From: a phage
Assembly (NCBI GenBank): GCA_029742005.1
Contig: GCA_029742005.1_4113.1
Strand: one strand, 5' to 3'
DNA length: 64,000 nucleotides
This document shows, piece after piece, positions 16,626 to 26,465 of the stretch; within the stretch, counting starts at the first letter, position 1; every line of letters begins with the position of its first letter. The translations under genes were made by a program, and so were the position numbers. Under the pieces are notes generated by a model. It ran no database searches. It was given only the letters and a program-made list of their open reading frames with translations, and was not told the origin of the DNA.

Positions 16626-16837
16626 TCAACATCACATTACAAGAAAGATTCATCCGAATCAACTATGCAATTTCCAAATTAGATGCTACAATAGGATTTC
16701 AAAGTCTACCGTTCAAAACCAGAATGATATTAGAGTGCGAAGCCAGGTTAGGTGTACTGTTAGGGACGCAACACCAACAACGATATGTGGAAATCTGGAT
16801 TGATCTTTTAACCCAAAATGCACATGAGAGAATGTAA
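16622..16837 (+). CDS. fam1 small protein
   Basis: track frame 16610..16837; start moved to ATG 16622 (RBS GAGG); motif LLGTQHQQRY. Confidence 0.6.
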   Translation: MINITLQERFIRINYAISKLDATIGFQSLPFKTRMILECEARLGVLLGTQHQQRYVEIWIDLLTQNAHERM

Positions 16838-17068
16838 ATGCAAAATGAAATGATATACTTAACACATGATGAATTTCAAGAGAAGATGTTAAAAGCCAAT
16901 AACATTACTCTTAAGTTCGTTCCAAATCAATCAATATATGAAATGTCTGCGAATGTATTGTTTGAGAAGCTACCATACGTTCTTGGAACTGATAAACAAG
17001 AATTTATGGTTCAAAATATGATTGAGCATCTTGCAATGAGTATTATGGAAAAAGTAAATGCAAAATGA
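16838..17068 (+). CDS. fam1 small protein (MQNEM subgroup)
   Basis: ORF track; motif VLGTDKQEFM; N-terminus MQNEMIYLT shared with next two genes. Confidence 0.6.
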   Translation: MQNEMIYLTHDEFQEKMLKANNITLKFVPNQSIYEMSANVLFEKLPYVLGTDKQEFMVQNMIEHLAMSIMEKVNAK

Positions 17069-17318
17069 AATGAAATACTTAACATATAATGAATACGTCG
17101 AGAGATTAGTTAGTGCCAAGAGATATGCCAATCAACTTCCTAATGATCCAAACCAAACCCCAGAGGAAAAGAATGCGGAAGCTCTATTCCAAGCACTACC
17201 ATACCTTCTTGGAACTGATAGGCAGGAGTATCACGTTGAACGTATAATTAAATCTCTTAAAATCACTATTAAGGAAAAAGTAAATGCAAAAGGAAATGAT
17301 ATACTTAACAGACGATGA
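17058..17318 (+). CDS. fam1 small protein (MQNEM subgroup)
   Basis: ORF track; motif LLGTDRQEYH. Confidence 0.6.
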   Translation: MQNEMKYLTYNEYVERLVSAKRYANQLPNDPNQTPEEKNAEALFQALPYLLGTDRQEYHVERIIKSLKITIKEKVNAKGNDILNRR

Positions 17319-17541
17319 GTTAAAAGAACGATTAATTAAATCCAGAAAACTTACAAATCAACTTCCAAACGACACAAACAAGTCACCTGCCGAAAGGAGT
17401 GCAGAAGTTTTATACATTCAACTCATGTACTTTCTTGGAACTGACAGACAAGAGTATTACATTGAAAGTATGCTTCGATATCTTAAATTCTCTATAAAGG
17501 AAAAGATACATGCTCAAGAATTTAAAAATCCTAACAGCTAA
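17284..17541 (+). CDS. fam1 small protein (MQKEM subgroup)
   Basis: ORF track; motif FLGTDRQEYY. Confidence 0.6.
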   Translation: MQKEMIYLTDDELKERLIKSRKLTNQLPNDTNKSPAERSAEVLYIQLMYFLGTDRQEYYIESMLRYLKFSIKEKIHAQEFKNPNS

Positions 17542-17767
17542 TGAATATCATAAGATTGTAATGGAAACTAATAGTGCTTACGCTAAAAAATCAAACCCAA
17601 AGTATATACTGGAACACACATTTGAAGAACGTCAATTAGCTCTAGTTGAAGCAAAACTTCTTGCACTATTAGGAACAAACTATCAGGAAGAATACAATAG
17701 AAAACTAATATACCTTTTAACTAAACACATCAGGAAAAGAAAAAAGCATGAAACACTTGACAGATGA
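17510..17767 (+). CDS. fam1 small protein
   Basis: ORF track; RBS AAGGAAAAG; motif LLGTNYQEEY. Confidence 0.6.
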   Translation: MLKNLKILTANEYHKIVMETNSAYAKKSNPKYILEHTFEERQLALVEAKLLALLGTNYQEEYNRKLIYLLTKHIRKRKKHETLDR

Positions 17768-17978
17768 TGAACATGGGCTTATAGTAATGGATGTAATCAA
17801 CATCGAATTCAAAAAGTTGATACGCTACCGTTGTTATGAAGATAAGCAACTCGTTCTAGCAGAACAGAAGTTGTTTCGACTCTTAAACACAAACTACCAA
17901 GCACAATACGAAGAATCGTATATGTACCTTTTGGCGAGGAAAGCAAAAAGAGATTATGAAAATTTTAAGCCACGATAA
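17748..17978 (+). CDS. fam1 small protein
   Basis: ORF track; motif LLNTNYQAQY. Confidence 0.6.
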   Translation: MKHLTDDEHGLIVMDVINIEFKKLIRYRCYEDKQLVLAEQKLFRLLNTNYQAQYEESYMYLLARKAKRDYENFKPR

Positions 17979-18171
17979 ACAAACAGAATTGTTAATCTTT
18001 AATACAAGTAAATTCTTAAACATAACATTGTCTGATATAGATGAGGATGAAAAAGAGTTACTTAGAGCAGATTTAAGAGTTCTTTTATATATTGGAACTA
18101 ACTTCCAAGAGCAATTCGTTGAGGACTACATCGATGAACTTAAAGAATCTGTACTGAGAACATGCAAATGA
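17956..18171 (+). CDS. fam1 small protein
   Basis: ORF track; motif YIGTNFQEQF. Confidence 0.6.
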   Translation: MKILSHDKQTELLIFNTSKFLNITLSDIDEDEKELLRADLRVLLYIGTNFQEQFVEDYIDELKESVLRTCK

Positions 18172-18413
18172 AAATCCTTTCACCAAGTGAATACCACGAA
18201 CTATTAAGTAGTTTAATTCTAAAATTGTATATAGCAAAGACCACAGATTTACCAGATGAAGAAAAAAATATTCTAATGAGTGAAATCTATGTTAATTCTA
18301 CCCTAGGGACTAACTATCAAGAATGTAATATTAATGATTACATCAAAGAACTAAAAAGGTTTATCCAATGCAAATGCGAATCATTACCGGAGAAGAATAC
18401 CGAACAATCATAA
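18162..18413 (+). CDS. fam1 small protein
   Basis: ORF track; motif TLGTNYQECN; close paralog of next gene. Confidence 0.6.
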   Translation: MQMKILSPSEYHELLSSLILKLYIAKTTDLPDEEKNILMSEIYVNSTLGTNYQECNINDYIKELKRFIQCKCESLPEKNTEQS

Positions 18414-18610
18414 ATGGACTGTTTTTGAAGTTATTTGCCATTAACACATCAAAACTACCAGATACGGATAAAATTATTAAGTTAAATGAAATCTACGTTC
18501 AAGCTACTCTAGGAACTAACTATCAAGAAGCCAATGTGTATAATTACATTAATACACTTAAAAGGGTAATACAATTAAAATGCACAGACAGCACATACAC
18601 AAACCCCTAG
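18368..18610 (+). CDS. fam1 small protein
   Basis: ORF track; motif TLGTNYQEAN. Confidence 0.6.
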   Translation: MQMRIITGEEYRTIINGLFLKLFAINTSKLPDTDKIIKLNEIYVQATLGTNYQEANVYNYINTLKRVIQLKCTDSTYTNP

Positions 18611-18810
18611 GAACAGCAGAATACATTGAACTAATGGCAGCAAACTTCTCATCCTTTCAGAAACTGATGCAAGAATCAAATAATGATTTAGAATATCATA
18701 TCAAAAGTTCAGATTTAAGATTGTTACTCACTCTAGGAACAGACAGTCAGTACAAATTCGTACAGGAGCATATTAGAGCACTTTTAAATGGCATCAGGAA
18801 TAAACTATGA
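18580..18810 (+). CDS. fam1 small protein
   Basis: ORF track; motif TLGTDSQYKF. Confidence 0.55.
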   Translation: MHRQHIHKPLGTAEYIELMAANFSSFQKLMQESNNDLEYHIKSSDLRLLLTLGTDSQYKFVQEHIRALLNGIRNKL

Positions 18811-19022
18811 AGGTAATATCAAACCAAGAGTACTTGGCACTATTCAGAAAAAATAGTCAAGAATTTCTGAATCTTGATACAAGAACTGATATAAGTGAAC
18901 TTGAAAAAAATCTTTTGCGTTCAGAGATGATAGTACTGACACTCTTAGGAACACAGCACCAAGAGAGAACTGTTAATTCACACATAGGGATTCTTATACA
19001 GATAGTACAGGAAAAGATATGA
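18807..19022 (+). CDS. fam1 small protein
   Basis: ORF track; motif LLGTQHQERT. Confidence 0.6.
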   Translation: MKVISNQEYLALFRKNSQEFLNLDTRTDISELEKNLLRSEMIVLTLLGTQHQERTVNSHIGILIQIVQEKI

Positions 19023-19240
19023 GAATCATAACACAACAAGATATTCTTAAGTTCACAAGGGTTCATGCATCTGAATTTGATGCTATATTATCAAAAAGTT
19101 ACAACAACCCTTATACAGAAGATGTACACTACAGTGAATTATGGGTGTATATACTTTTAGGTACAGATCATCAAGAGCAAGCAGTACAGAAGTATTTGTT
19201 AGCGTTAAGTACTGCTACTGCTAATGGAGTATGTGTTTAA
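19019..19240 (+). CDS. fam1 small protein
   Basis: ORF track; motif LLGTDHQEQA. Confidence 0.6.
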   Translation: MRIITQQDILKFTRVHASEFDAILSKSYNNPYTEDVHYSELWVYILLGTDHQEQAVQKYLLALSTATANGVCV

Positions 19241-19241
19241 T

Positions 19242-19484
19242 ATGAAAGTACTGACAGAATTAGAAATGTATCATAGATTTAATAAGTACTATCATTTACT
19301 TAAACCTATACAGAGGATTAAGTGTCCCTTTGTAGTGAAACAGGTATTAATTTATGAGCATAAGTTATTTGTATCATTAGGTACGAATGAACAAGAGTAT
19401 TATTTGAAGTTGTACTTAATTACTTTAATTGAATTGATTAATTACAAAACTCAGAAAGCGAAGAAATCTAAAAATGAAAACTAA
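19242..19484 (+). CDS. fam1 small protein
   Basis: track frame 19224..19484; start moved to ATG 19242 behind RBS GGAG; motif SLGTNEQEYY. Confidence 0.6.
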   Translation: MKVLTELEMYHRFNKYYHLLKPIQRIKCPFVVKQVLIYEHKLFVSLGTNEQEYYLKLYLITLIELINYKTQKAKKSKNEN

Positions 19485-19815
19485 AATTCAACTCAGGGTA
19501 TACATATCGTATGAAAATATATACGTTAAAAGTAGTCTATGTAAAGATGTAATGGACTACAAAGGTAAACCATTCACAGTTACTTACAGTTTAACAGGAG
19601 GTTTATATATCTCTTTTGCTAATTACGAAAATAATATGTACGAACACATTGACATTGAAGATTTAAGTACTTTATCACCAGAGGAATACTTCCAGGAATC
19701 ATTAGTATGGGATTTAGAGTTCCCTATGCCATTAGTACATAAGATGATAGTACTAATGAAAGAATCTAAACAGGAGCCTAATAGTGCTTATGAAGAACAC
19801 ATTATTGAGTATTAA
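19474..19815 (+). CDS. fam2 protein (first member)
   Basis: ORF track; motif PEEYFQESLVWD. Confidence 0.6.
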   Translation: MKTKIQLRVYISYENIYVKSSLCKDVMDYKGKPFTVTYSLTGGLYISFANYENNMYEHIDIEDLSTLSPEEYFQESLVWDLEFPMPLVHKMIVLMKESKQEPNSAYEEHIIEY

Positions 19816-19827
19816 GAGTACTGATAT

Positions 19828-20043
19828 ATGAAAAGATTATCATACAAAGATTACAGTAAACTTATCAGTACTTTACAACCAGAAATTAGAAGAATTAATT
19901 ATCTTCCTATATCTAACGAAGAACGTGTAGTACTGAAAAATGAGTTAATCTTAAAACGCACAGTAGGTACTAACTATCAAGATAATAGTGTTCGCGATTT
20001 AATTAGAGGGTTAATGATCACAATAAAGGCCAAGTGCTATTGA
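19828..20043 (+). CDS. fam1 small protein
   Basis: ORF track; motif TVGTNYQDNS. Confidence 0.6.
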   Translation: MKRLSYKDYSKLISTLQPEIRRINYLPISNEERVVLKNELILKRTVGTNYQDNSVRDLIRGLMITIKAKCY

Positions 20044-20107
20044 CAGTACTTGACGGAGCTTTTCATTACTGATATAGTGCATCAACGTTAATCATAGGGT
20101 ACAGATT

Positions 20108-20353
20108 ATGTTAAAATTTTTAAATTTCCTTATCGTCTTGTGTATTGTTCTTGGAATTGCACCGTTTGTATTAGCGTATCTGGATTCAGATGAAATGCAG
20201 AAGATGAATTGCACAAAGACAGGACAGAGTAGAGAAGAGACGGTTATGATGCCTGTAACGGTTATTGTGAATAACATACCAATTACGAACATGATTCCTA
20301 CCCTAACGACAACGTACCAGTACTCTTGTGCTGACGGAGAGAGGTGGAGATGA
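20108..20353 (+). CDS. putative small membrane protein
   Basis: ORF track; hydrophobic N-terminal helix FLNFLIVLCIVLGIAPFVLAYL; promoter-like TTGACA about 60 nt upstream. Confidence 0.45.
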   Translation: MLKFLNFLIVLCIVLGIAPFVLAYLDSDEMQKMNCTKTGQSREETVMMPVTVIVNNIPITNMIPTLTTTYQYSCADGERWR

Positions 20354-20661
20354 AATTTAATATAGCAAAAACATCGAGTATATGTATTTTTGGTTATTCC
20401 TATGAATTGGGTGATATTGACATTCTATTGTACAAAACGAATGGTGTTATGCATTTCAAGTACCAGGATGAAGAGGCAGACAATTATCTTTTACCTAATT
20501 TAGTACAAATGCAGGAAGAGGAATTATTCCAGTACAGCTTAATATACGACATTGATATTTGCACGATGCCAGTATTAATTAGTATTCAAAAAGTGATGCT
20601 CGATATGTATGATAAGCTAATACAAGGTATGTCAGGGAGGATCATTGAAATCGATATATAA
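20350..20661 (+). CDS. fam2 protein
   Basis: track frame 20344..20661 (GTG); start moved to ATG 20350 behind RBS GGTGGAG; motif EEELFQYSLIYD. Confidence 0.6.
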   Translation: MKFNIAKTSSICIFGYSYELGDIDILLYKTNGVMHFKYQDEEADNYLLPNLVQMQEEELFQYSLIYDIDICTMPVLISIQKVMLDMYDKLIQGMSGRIIEIDI

Positions 20662-20857
20662 GAATTTACCTAATGAATATTTGTTGAAGTACAAAGAGTT
20701 TATTAAAGATGTATATGTAGATCCTTTTAATATCAAATTTGCAGAGTTCGAAGTATCATTTTATCTAGGGACAATAGTACAGGACCAATACGTTGATAAT
20801 CTAATAAGGTGTTTGAAAAAGGAGATACAATGCAGACCCAAATGTACAAAAAAATAA
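20645..20857 (+). CDS. fam1-like small protein (TTG start per track)
   Basis: ORF track with non-ATG start; motif YLGTIVQDQY. Confidence 0.45.
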   Translation: MKSIYKNLPNEYLLKYKEFIKDVYVDPFNIKFAEFEVSFYLGTIVQDQYVDNLIRCLKKEIQCRPKCTKK

Positions 20858-21093
20858 ACTGTTATTTGTATGCATCAAAGTACAGGGATTTTTGTTTACG
20901 AGGGGGAGAGGAAGATTTTGCTCTGAGATTATCGGAATTTAATATGTTATTTTATCTTGGTACATCAGTACAAGAAGAAATGGTACAGAAATTTATCAAT
21001 CACCTTGTACAAAAAATTAATATGCAAATTTTGATGCTTGAGTTACAGAATGAGATAAACAAATATGAACCCAACAATAGTACAGGATCTTAA
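20830..21093 (+). CDS. fam1-like small protein
   Basis: track frame 20809..21093; start moved to ATG 20830 behind RBS AAGGAGA; motif YLGTSVQEEM. Confidence 0.5.
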   Translation: MQTQMYKKINCYLYASKYRDFCLRGGEEDFALRLSEFNMLFYLGTSVQEEMVQKFINHLVQKINMQILMLELQNEINKYEPNNSTGS

Positions 21094-21454
21094 ACAAGTA
21101 ATATTCCTTTTGAATACAAGAAGTGAAATGTATACAGAGTTTAAAGAGATTAATGCATTTTATCAGAATTTTGTAATTCAAGAGTTCAGTGATTTAATTA
21201 CAGATGCATTATTTGAATTATCGGAAAAATACAAAGGAACAGAGTTCAGTGTTAAAAATGTATTACGTTCTTTATCAACGCGTATAATAAAATTAGATCA
21301 TTTCAAATTTGAAAATAAAGATTTATTCAGTCACAATCCAAGTACAGCTTTATATTTTATTCCTGATTCAGACAAAAATCATCCTATTCATTACGGATGG
21401 ATTTTGTCGTACATAGTACAAGGAAAGGAGTATCCTATTAAATGGAACGATTAG
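21065..21454 (+). CDS. hypothetical protein
   Basis: ORF track; no clear family motif. Confidence 0.5.
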   Translation: MNPTIVQDLKQVIFLLNTRSEMYTEFKEINAFYQNFVIQEFSDLITDALFELSEKYKGTEFSVKNVLRSLSTRIIKLDHFKFENKDLFSHNPSTALYFIPDSDKNHPIHYGWILSYIVQGKEYPIKWND

Positions 21455-21602
21455 GGCGATTAGATTATTACACAATTAATACAAATTATTTGTTGCGTAA
21501 TATAAAATCCGATTACAAAATATGGATAAAGAACAGAGATAGTATGTGTTATGAATTTTATTTAGATTATGCCATCAAACGCTTTTTAAGAGAAGAACAT
21601 TA

Positions 21603-21794
21603 ATGCACACACCGCACAAAGAGCACAAAAATACAAAAACGATAAATGTTTTAAATGATTCTTTATTGGTGAGTATAAATTTATATTATAAAATTCATTT
21701 AAATGGTGGTATTGAAAATTTTAGTTATTATTTGAGTGCAATATCGCAAGAGCATTTAATATACCAAGATCATTTATTGCACCCGAATCCATAA
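21603..21794 (+). CDS. hypothetical protein (low confidence)
   Basis: ORF track; AT-rich; weak RBS. Confidence 0.35.
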   Translation: MHTPHKEHKNTKTINVLNDSLLVSINLYYKIHLNGGIENFSYYLSAISQEHLIYQDHLLHPNP

Positions 21795-21802
21795 GGCGAA
21801 TT

Positions 21803-22348
21803 ATGAATGAGATAGAATTATTAGCACACAAGATTAGTACAATAATGCTTATCCTAAATAACAACCATCCTATATCGCAGATAGATGGAATCCTGAGTCA
21901 GAGGACAGGTGGTAGTTTATATTTGACATTAACAGAGGTTATCGCAAGGAATTACATTGATATTGAAATCGAGAACAGTGATGCATCAGGAAAGGTTGAT
22001 GTAGGTGCATTAATCAGTTCAAATCCAGTATCAGCATCCCCATTGACCAAAGGTGTTAGTACAGGATTCGAAGGGTATTTGTGGTACAATACCAATGATG
22101 ATTATTTTATATATCAGCATTCCAATACAAATTATGATGAAGACAAATTTCAGTTCATAGACCCTTATGATGAAGCTGAAGTATTTCAAAAATCATTAAT
22201 CACAAAACCGCATGAGATGATGTATCTAATGTTATTCAGTACAATGCATTTGAATCCATTAATTAAAGGTTTAAAATTTTATATTCAATTGAAATTAGTC
22301 CATGTAGTTTATGATTTATTAATGCAAGGATATAGTTATGAAGTATAA
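21803..22348 (+). CDS. fam2 protein
   Basis: ORF track; motif EAEVFQKSLITK. Confidence 0.6.
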   Translation: MNEIELLAHKISTIMLILNNNHPISQIDGILSQRTGGSLYLTLTEVIARNYIDIEIENSDASGKVDVGALISSNPVSASPLTKGVSTGFEGYLWYNTNDDYFIYQHSNTNYDEDKFQFIDPYDEAEVFQKSLITKPHEMMYLMLFSTMHLNPLIKGLKFYIQLKLVHVVYDLLMQGYSYEV

Positions 22349-22655
22349 AATGCTTAATACAGTATCAGGGATATATGTAGAATTAGAATCCGATTATTCA
22401 GATGGATGGAATTTTATTAAACGACACGATAGAAATACATGGTACATGGCACATTTGGATAATGACGTAATAATAGATAATTTTGTCGATTTTAATACAT
22501 TATCAGAAGAAGAATTTTTCCAAATGCAATTTGTGCTTGATACAAATGGATTTGATTTGCTATTATTAAGGAATATTCAGAAAGCGGTTAATGAATTCAT
22601 AATCCAAAATAATTCAGGTAAAATGGGGATGTTCCATGATCTGGAAGTACAATGA
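22338..22655 (+). CDS. fam2 protein
   Basis: ORF track; motif EEEFFQMQFVLD. Confidence 0.6.
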   Translation: MKYKMLNTVSGIYVELESDYSDGWNFIKRHDRNTWYMAHLDNDVIIDNFVDFNTLSEEEFFQMQFVLDTNGFDLLLLRNIQKAVNEFIIQNNSGKMGMFHDLEVQ

Positions 22656-23193
22656 AATTCAGTACACCTACGCTAATGCAATCCTTATGGGACAAAAGTT
22701 AGCTTGTATTGTTGCAGCCTTATATAATGCACAGAAAGATTACAAGCGTCATATCCACAAATGTATTGGTATTATTCCATCGAAGTACAATACATATATT
22801 GCGTGCACGAGTCATTTTGATAAACGATTCAATACACCTGATACCCCAAATGCCAGTAGTGTTATTGGTCTTTTGGATTTCGCACCTGGTGCTGTTATTG
22901 GAAAGAATGATTTAGAGTACACATGGTATAATAAAAATGCCCCGTTAGTAATGGGAAAATATGATACAGAAACGAACAAAACAATAGAGTACAATACATA
23001 TAAATCAGAGGAAGAATTTTTCCAAGGTTCATTGCTTGTACCAGTGCGTTTGTTGTTTTATAATGTCCTTATTAGTACAGTACACAATAGTCCATTACAC
23101 AAGAATCACAAAATTAATTTCAATTTTTGTGCTTATGCGATTGATGGTGTGTATGAGTGTTTAATGGAGGTATTGAGTTATGAAGCTGAATAA
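22636..23193 (+). CDS. fam2 protein
   Basis: ORF track; RBS GGGGA; motif EEEFFQGSLLVP. Confidence 0.6.
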   Translation: MIWKYNEIQYTYANAILMGQKLACIVAALYNAQKDYKRHIHKCIGIIPSKYNTYIACTSHFDKRFNTPDTPNASSVIGLLDFAPGAVIGKNDLEYTWYNKNAPLVMGKYDTETNKTIEYNTYKSEEEFFQGSLLVPVRLLFYNVLISTVHNSPLHKNHKINFNFCAYAIDGVYECLMEVLSYEAE

Positions 23194-23521
23194 TACATTT
23201 GATATTAATAAGTTAAGAGAATGGTTTTATAGTATTGAAATTGAAGCCATCCCGTATCATAGATATGAACAATATAATTTAACCAGTATTGATATCCGTG
23301 AGTTGTACGCGTATTATCAAAGTGCATTAGAGATGCATAAGTTATTTTTGAGTACAGATTTTGTTATAAATTACAATTTTGAGGAATTTAATAATTATAA
23401 TTTAGTACAGAAATATGTAGTAGCAAAGTACATGTACCTTCAAGGAATTACAAGTAATTTGGAATTCAATACAGTCCTGGCTTTAGTTGAGGTAATTTTA
23501 TGCAGTACATGTATGATTTAG
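23180..23521 (+). CDS. hypothetical protein (possible divergent fam2)
   Basis: ORF track; motif not clear. Confidence 0.5.
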   Translation: MKLNNTFDINKLREWFYSIEIEAIPYHRYEQYNLTSIDIRELYAYYQSALEMHKLFLSTDFVINYNFEEFNNYNLVQKYVVAKYMYLQGITSNLEFNTVLALVEVILCSTCMI

Positions 23522-23895
23522 AGTTTAGTTTAGATGCTGCCTTTAAATTTGTTCACAAGATAGAAACAATATACAGTACATTATGTGCAATACAATCAGT
23601 ATCATCTGAGTTTGATGTTGGTGAAAAATATCAGGTATGGAATAATACATTTCTAAACAAAGAACGTTGCTCTACGGGGTTTAATATTTTAACATTTAAT
23701 CCCAGCAATTGTTACCCAGAGAAGCATGAACGTTATCCGAATGACGACATGTGGTTTGATTACACAAAAGATGGTGATATGTCATCCCTTGTAGTTCCTG
23801 ATGATTTTAATGCCGAAGATTTAACGGAAGAGTGGTGGTTTCAACAGAATTTAGTTCACGATGATATTGATTTATTTTTTTTATGTAGTATTTAA
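23500..23895 (+). CDS. fam2 protein
   Basis: ORF track; RBS GAGG; motif EEWWFQQNLVHDD. Confidence 0.6.
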   Translation: MQYMYDLEFSLDAAFKFVHKIETIYSTLCAIQSVSSEFDVGEKYQVWNNTFLNKERCSTGFNILTFNPSNCYPEKHERYPNDDMWFDYTKDGDMSSLVVPDDFNAEDLTEEWWFQQNLVHDDIDLFFLCSI

Positions 23896-24089
23896 AATGC
23901 TTTATCACAACAATATATTAAAAGATAGTGTGTTTTTTTCATGTCTATATATTGATGATTTGTACAATGAAATCCAAATCAACATTCCCAGCACGCCTGT
24001 ATCGTAAGATATGGGCTTTTTTCGTTTTGGTATTGACAAAGAAGTGCAAAGCTGTTATCATGTGTAATCATTTTAAAGGAGAACATATA

Positions 24090-24602
24090 GTGAGTTTCAT
24101 AATCCCAAGTACATACGAAGATGCATCAAGTGCAGTTCATAAGATTCATTATATTTTTAATTTAATTATTAGATCTGCAAAAATTAAAATGTATGCACCT
24201 CTTGTGGAATACGATAAAAATGAGGAAATTTTTGTTAGCACAGACCAAATTATTTTTCCATATTTCAATGAAGATAGATTGTGGTTCATGCATTTAGCTG
24301 CATTACAAAAATATAAAATGTCAATTCGTAATAATTTGGATATACCGTTATATCATCCTGATATTGGAGAGGATGAATATTTTCAGTACAGTACAGTACA
24401 CCGCCATGAAGATATCTTTGTTGCTATGCTTATTGCTAAATTGAATACCGTTGATTTGGAGCAGTACAAATACAATAATAAATCATGTAAGATCATAATC
24501 CCTGCATTCATAGCTCTTTATGATTATGTGGTGCATAACAAAAAAGATGATACATATGCTTTCAATGAAGAGTATTTGAATTTTTTTAAGGAGAACATAT
24601 GA
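24090..24602 (+). CDS. fam2 protein (GTG start)
   Basis: track ORF 23928..24602 runs through an internal TTGACA promoter; start placed at GTG 24090 behind RBS AAAGGAG; motif EDEYFQYSTVH. Confidence 0.5.
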   Translation: MSFIIPSTYEDASSAVHKIHYIFNLIIRSAKIKMYAPLVEYDKNEEIFVSTDQIIFPYFNEDRLWFMHLAALQKYKMSIRNNLDIPLYHPDIGEDEYFQYSTVHRHEDIFVAMLIAKLNTVDLEQYKYNNKSCKIIIPAFIALYDYVVHNKKDDTYAFNEEYLNFFKENI

Positions 24603-25126
24603 GCAGTGAAGTGCTGAAATCAATGACATTCAATGAAATTGGTGCATTTAAAGATAAGATCATTGATTGCATTGAATACATGATTTGTAGTAATATCGAA
24701 AGTATTGAGATATTTAACAAGACAAATCGCTCTTACCATATGATGTACATTGCAAACAATAATGGTATCATTCCATTTATTTCGGATAGTACAATATGGT
24801 ACGCATGTGATACGAAAAAAACCACAATAGGTTTACATTCATTTGAGACACATTATGATCTAATTATTCCTGAACATTGTATGCAAGAAGAAGAATATTT
24901 TCAAATGCAATGTATACATTCACCATTAGTGTTGTTTAGTTTATATATTATACCTTATATCACCAAATGTGTTCATGAGAATAAAGCTCCGTGGAATCAT
25001 GAATTTGTATCGTTGAAGTTATTGTATAATGTATTAGTAGAATATTATGATTACAGGCACAATGGTACAATCAGTGATGTATGGGATTTTGAATCGCTAA
25101 GGGTGAAAACATACACAGGTGAATGA
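24599..25126 (+). CDS. fam2 protein
   Basis: ORF track; ATGA overlap; motif EEEYFQMQCIH. Confidence 0.6.
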   Translation: MSSEVLKSMTFNEIGAFKDKIIDCIEYMICSNIESIEIFNKTNRSYHMMYIANNNGIIPFISDSTIWYACDTKKTTIGLHSFETHYDLIIPEHCMQEEEYFQMQCIHSPLVLFSLYIIPYITKCVHENKAPWNHEFVSLKLLYNVLVEYYDYRHNGTISDVWDFESLRVKTYTGE

Positions 25127-25127
25127 T

Positions 25128-25742
25128 ATGACCAGAATTAAAATGTATGATTTGATGCAGTACAGTAAAATTGCCATTCCAGTGCTTAATAAAGTGCTGG
25201 ATGCATTCATTGCCAAATACCCTGAGAATTCAGTGTTATGTATTCCATTTAGTGTTCCAGATAAAGATGATATATTCCAAGTGAATGTCAGTACACGTGG
25301 TATTACATTGCAGCAGAAATACATGGATACGGAATATTATGGAATAAAGTTGGATTCAGTACAGGGTTCAAAATCAGCCTATGATTTTTTTGTTCCTAAT
25401 AATATAGAGTCATGGGAAACAAACATTTCAAAGAAAGATGAAAATGATGTTCCTATTAGTGGTGTGTTCAACAATAAAGTTTTTTATTATTACGAAACCG
25501 ACAAATTCCCTGAAGAGTTATATTACAATTCAGAAATGATTGAAGATGTAGATGCATTCATGTTTCAATTATCGTTAGTACATGATATCATTGATGTTCA
25601 AGAGTTAAGAGCAGAAATCAATTTAGCTAAAGAGTTATCGGACATGCTGCCACCGTTTAGTATGCTTTTTTGTGAAGGAGGTTATTTTTCAAAAGAAGTG
25701 TTTGAACATTTCGTAGATGTTGTAAAAGGGTTGGATATATAG
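25128..25742 (+). CDS. fam2 protein
   Basis: track frame 25119..25742; start moved to ATG 25128 behind RBS AGGTGA; motif DAFMFQLSLVHD. Confidence 0.6.
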   Translation: MTRIKMYDLMQYSKIAIPVLNKVLDAFIAKYPENSVLCIPFSVPDKDDIFQVNVSTRGITLQQKYMDTEYYGIKLDSVQGSKSAYDFFVPNNIESWETNISKKDENDVPISGVFNNKVFYYYETDKFPEELYYNSEMIEDVDAFMFQLSLVHDIIDVQELRAEINLAKELSDMLPPFSMLFCEGGYFSKEVFEHFVDVVKGLDI

Positions 25743-25743
25743 T

Positions 25744-25938
25744 ATGCTTACAGTTGATGTTAAACAAAAATACCGTAAGTTTGATTGGTTCACCGACAGT
25801 TTCCAGCTTGAATTATTACATTTGAATATCTGTGAAACATTATGTGCAGAAACACAAGATGAATTTGATGATAGAGTGCTTCACATCGTAGTTCTTTCTT
25901 GCTTTAAACATTTTGGTTATTTTTTCGGACAGAATTGA
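25744..25938 (+). CDS. hypothetical small protein
   Basis: ORF track; weak RBS. Confidence 0.4.
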   Translation: MLTVDVKQKYRKFDWFTDSFQLELLHLNICETLCAETQDEFDDRVLHIVVLSCFKHFGYFFGQN

Positions 25939-25946
25939 GGTAAAAA

Positions 25947-26465
25947 ATGCATCAACACAAGCATCATTCATATGATTTTGCAATTAACATTATGAAGTTC
26001 ATTCGAGCGTTGGAGGATGGGAAGCTTAGTCATAAGTACACCAAAGTGGGTGACAATTGGTTCAGAAATGATGATGATGAGTTCAGAAGTCATAAGATTG
26101 TTTACAGCAATAATTACAGTGCCAATTACCTACAAGATGTAGTGATGTGTTTTGAATACGTGTTACAGTTCAGGGGTTCCATCAGTCCTGAGCTAAGAGA
26201 ACACATGTACATTCGATACCTACCAATGCTTAAGGATGAGAAATCAATATTCAATTCAGTACACCACAGAGTACGAGAGAGAACATTCAGAGATATTTTG
26301 GAAGATGAAGCTGCCTATTTTCAGCAATCATTGATTGATGCTCCTGATGTGTTACAGATGCAGAATTTGTATAATGTATTAGATGCGAACATCGATACGG
26401 ATATCTTTTTTTCCTTAAGTGATTATGAAACATTTTTGGAAGATTTAAAGGAAATAGGATTATGA
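25947..26465 (+). CDS. fam2 protein
   Basis: ORF track; RBS GAGGT; motif DEAAYFQQSLID. Confidence 0.6.
   Translation: MHQHKHHSYDFAINIMKFIRALEDGKLSHKYTKVGDNWFRNDDDEFRSHKIVYSNNYSANYLQDVVMCFEYVLQFRGSISPELREHMYIRYLPMLKDEKSIFNSVHHRVRERTFRDILEDEAAYFQQSLIDAPDVLQMQNLYNVLDANIDTDIFFSLSDYETFLEDLKEIGL

Noticed and set aside
21442-21603. 53-aa ORF bridging 21065..21454 and 21603..21794
   Set aside because: Plausible by overlap but no RBS and no family motif; left unannotated.
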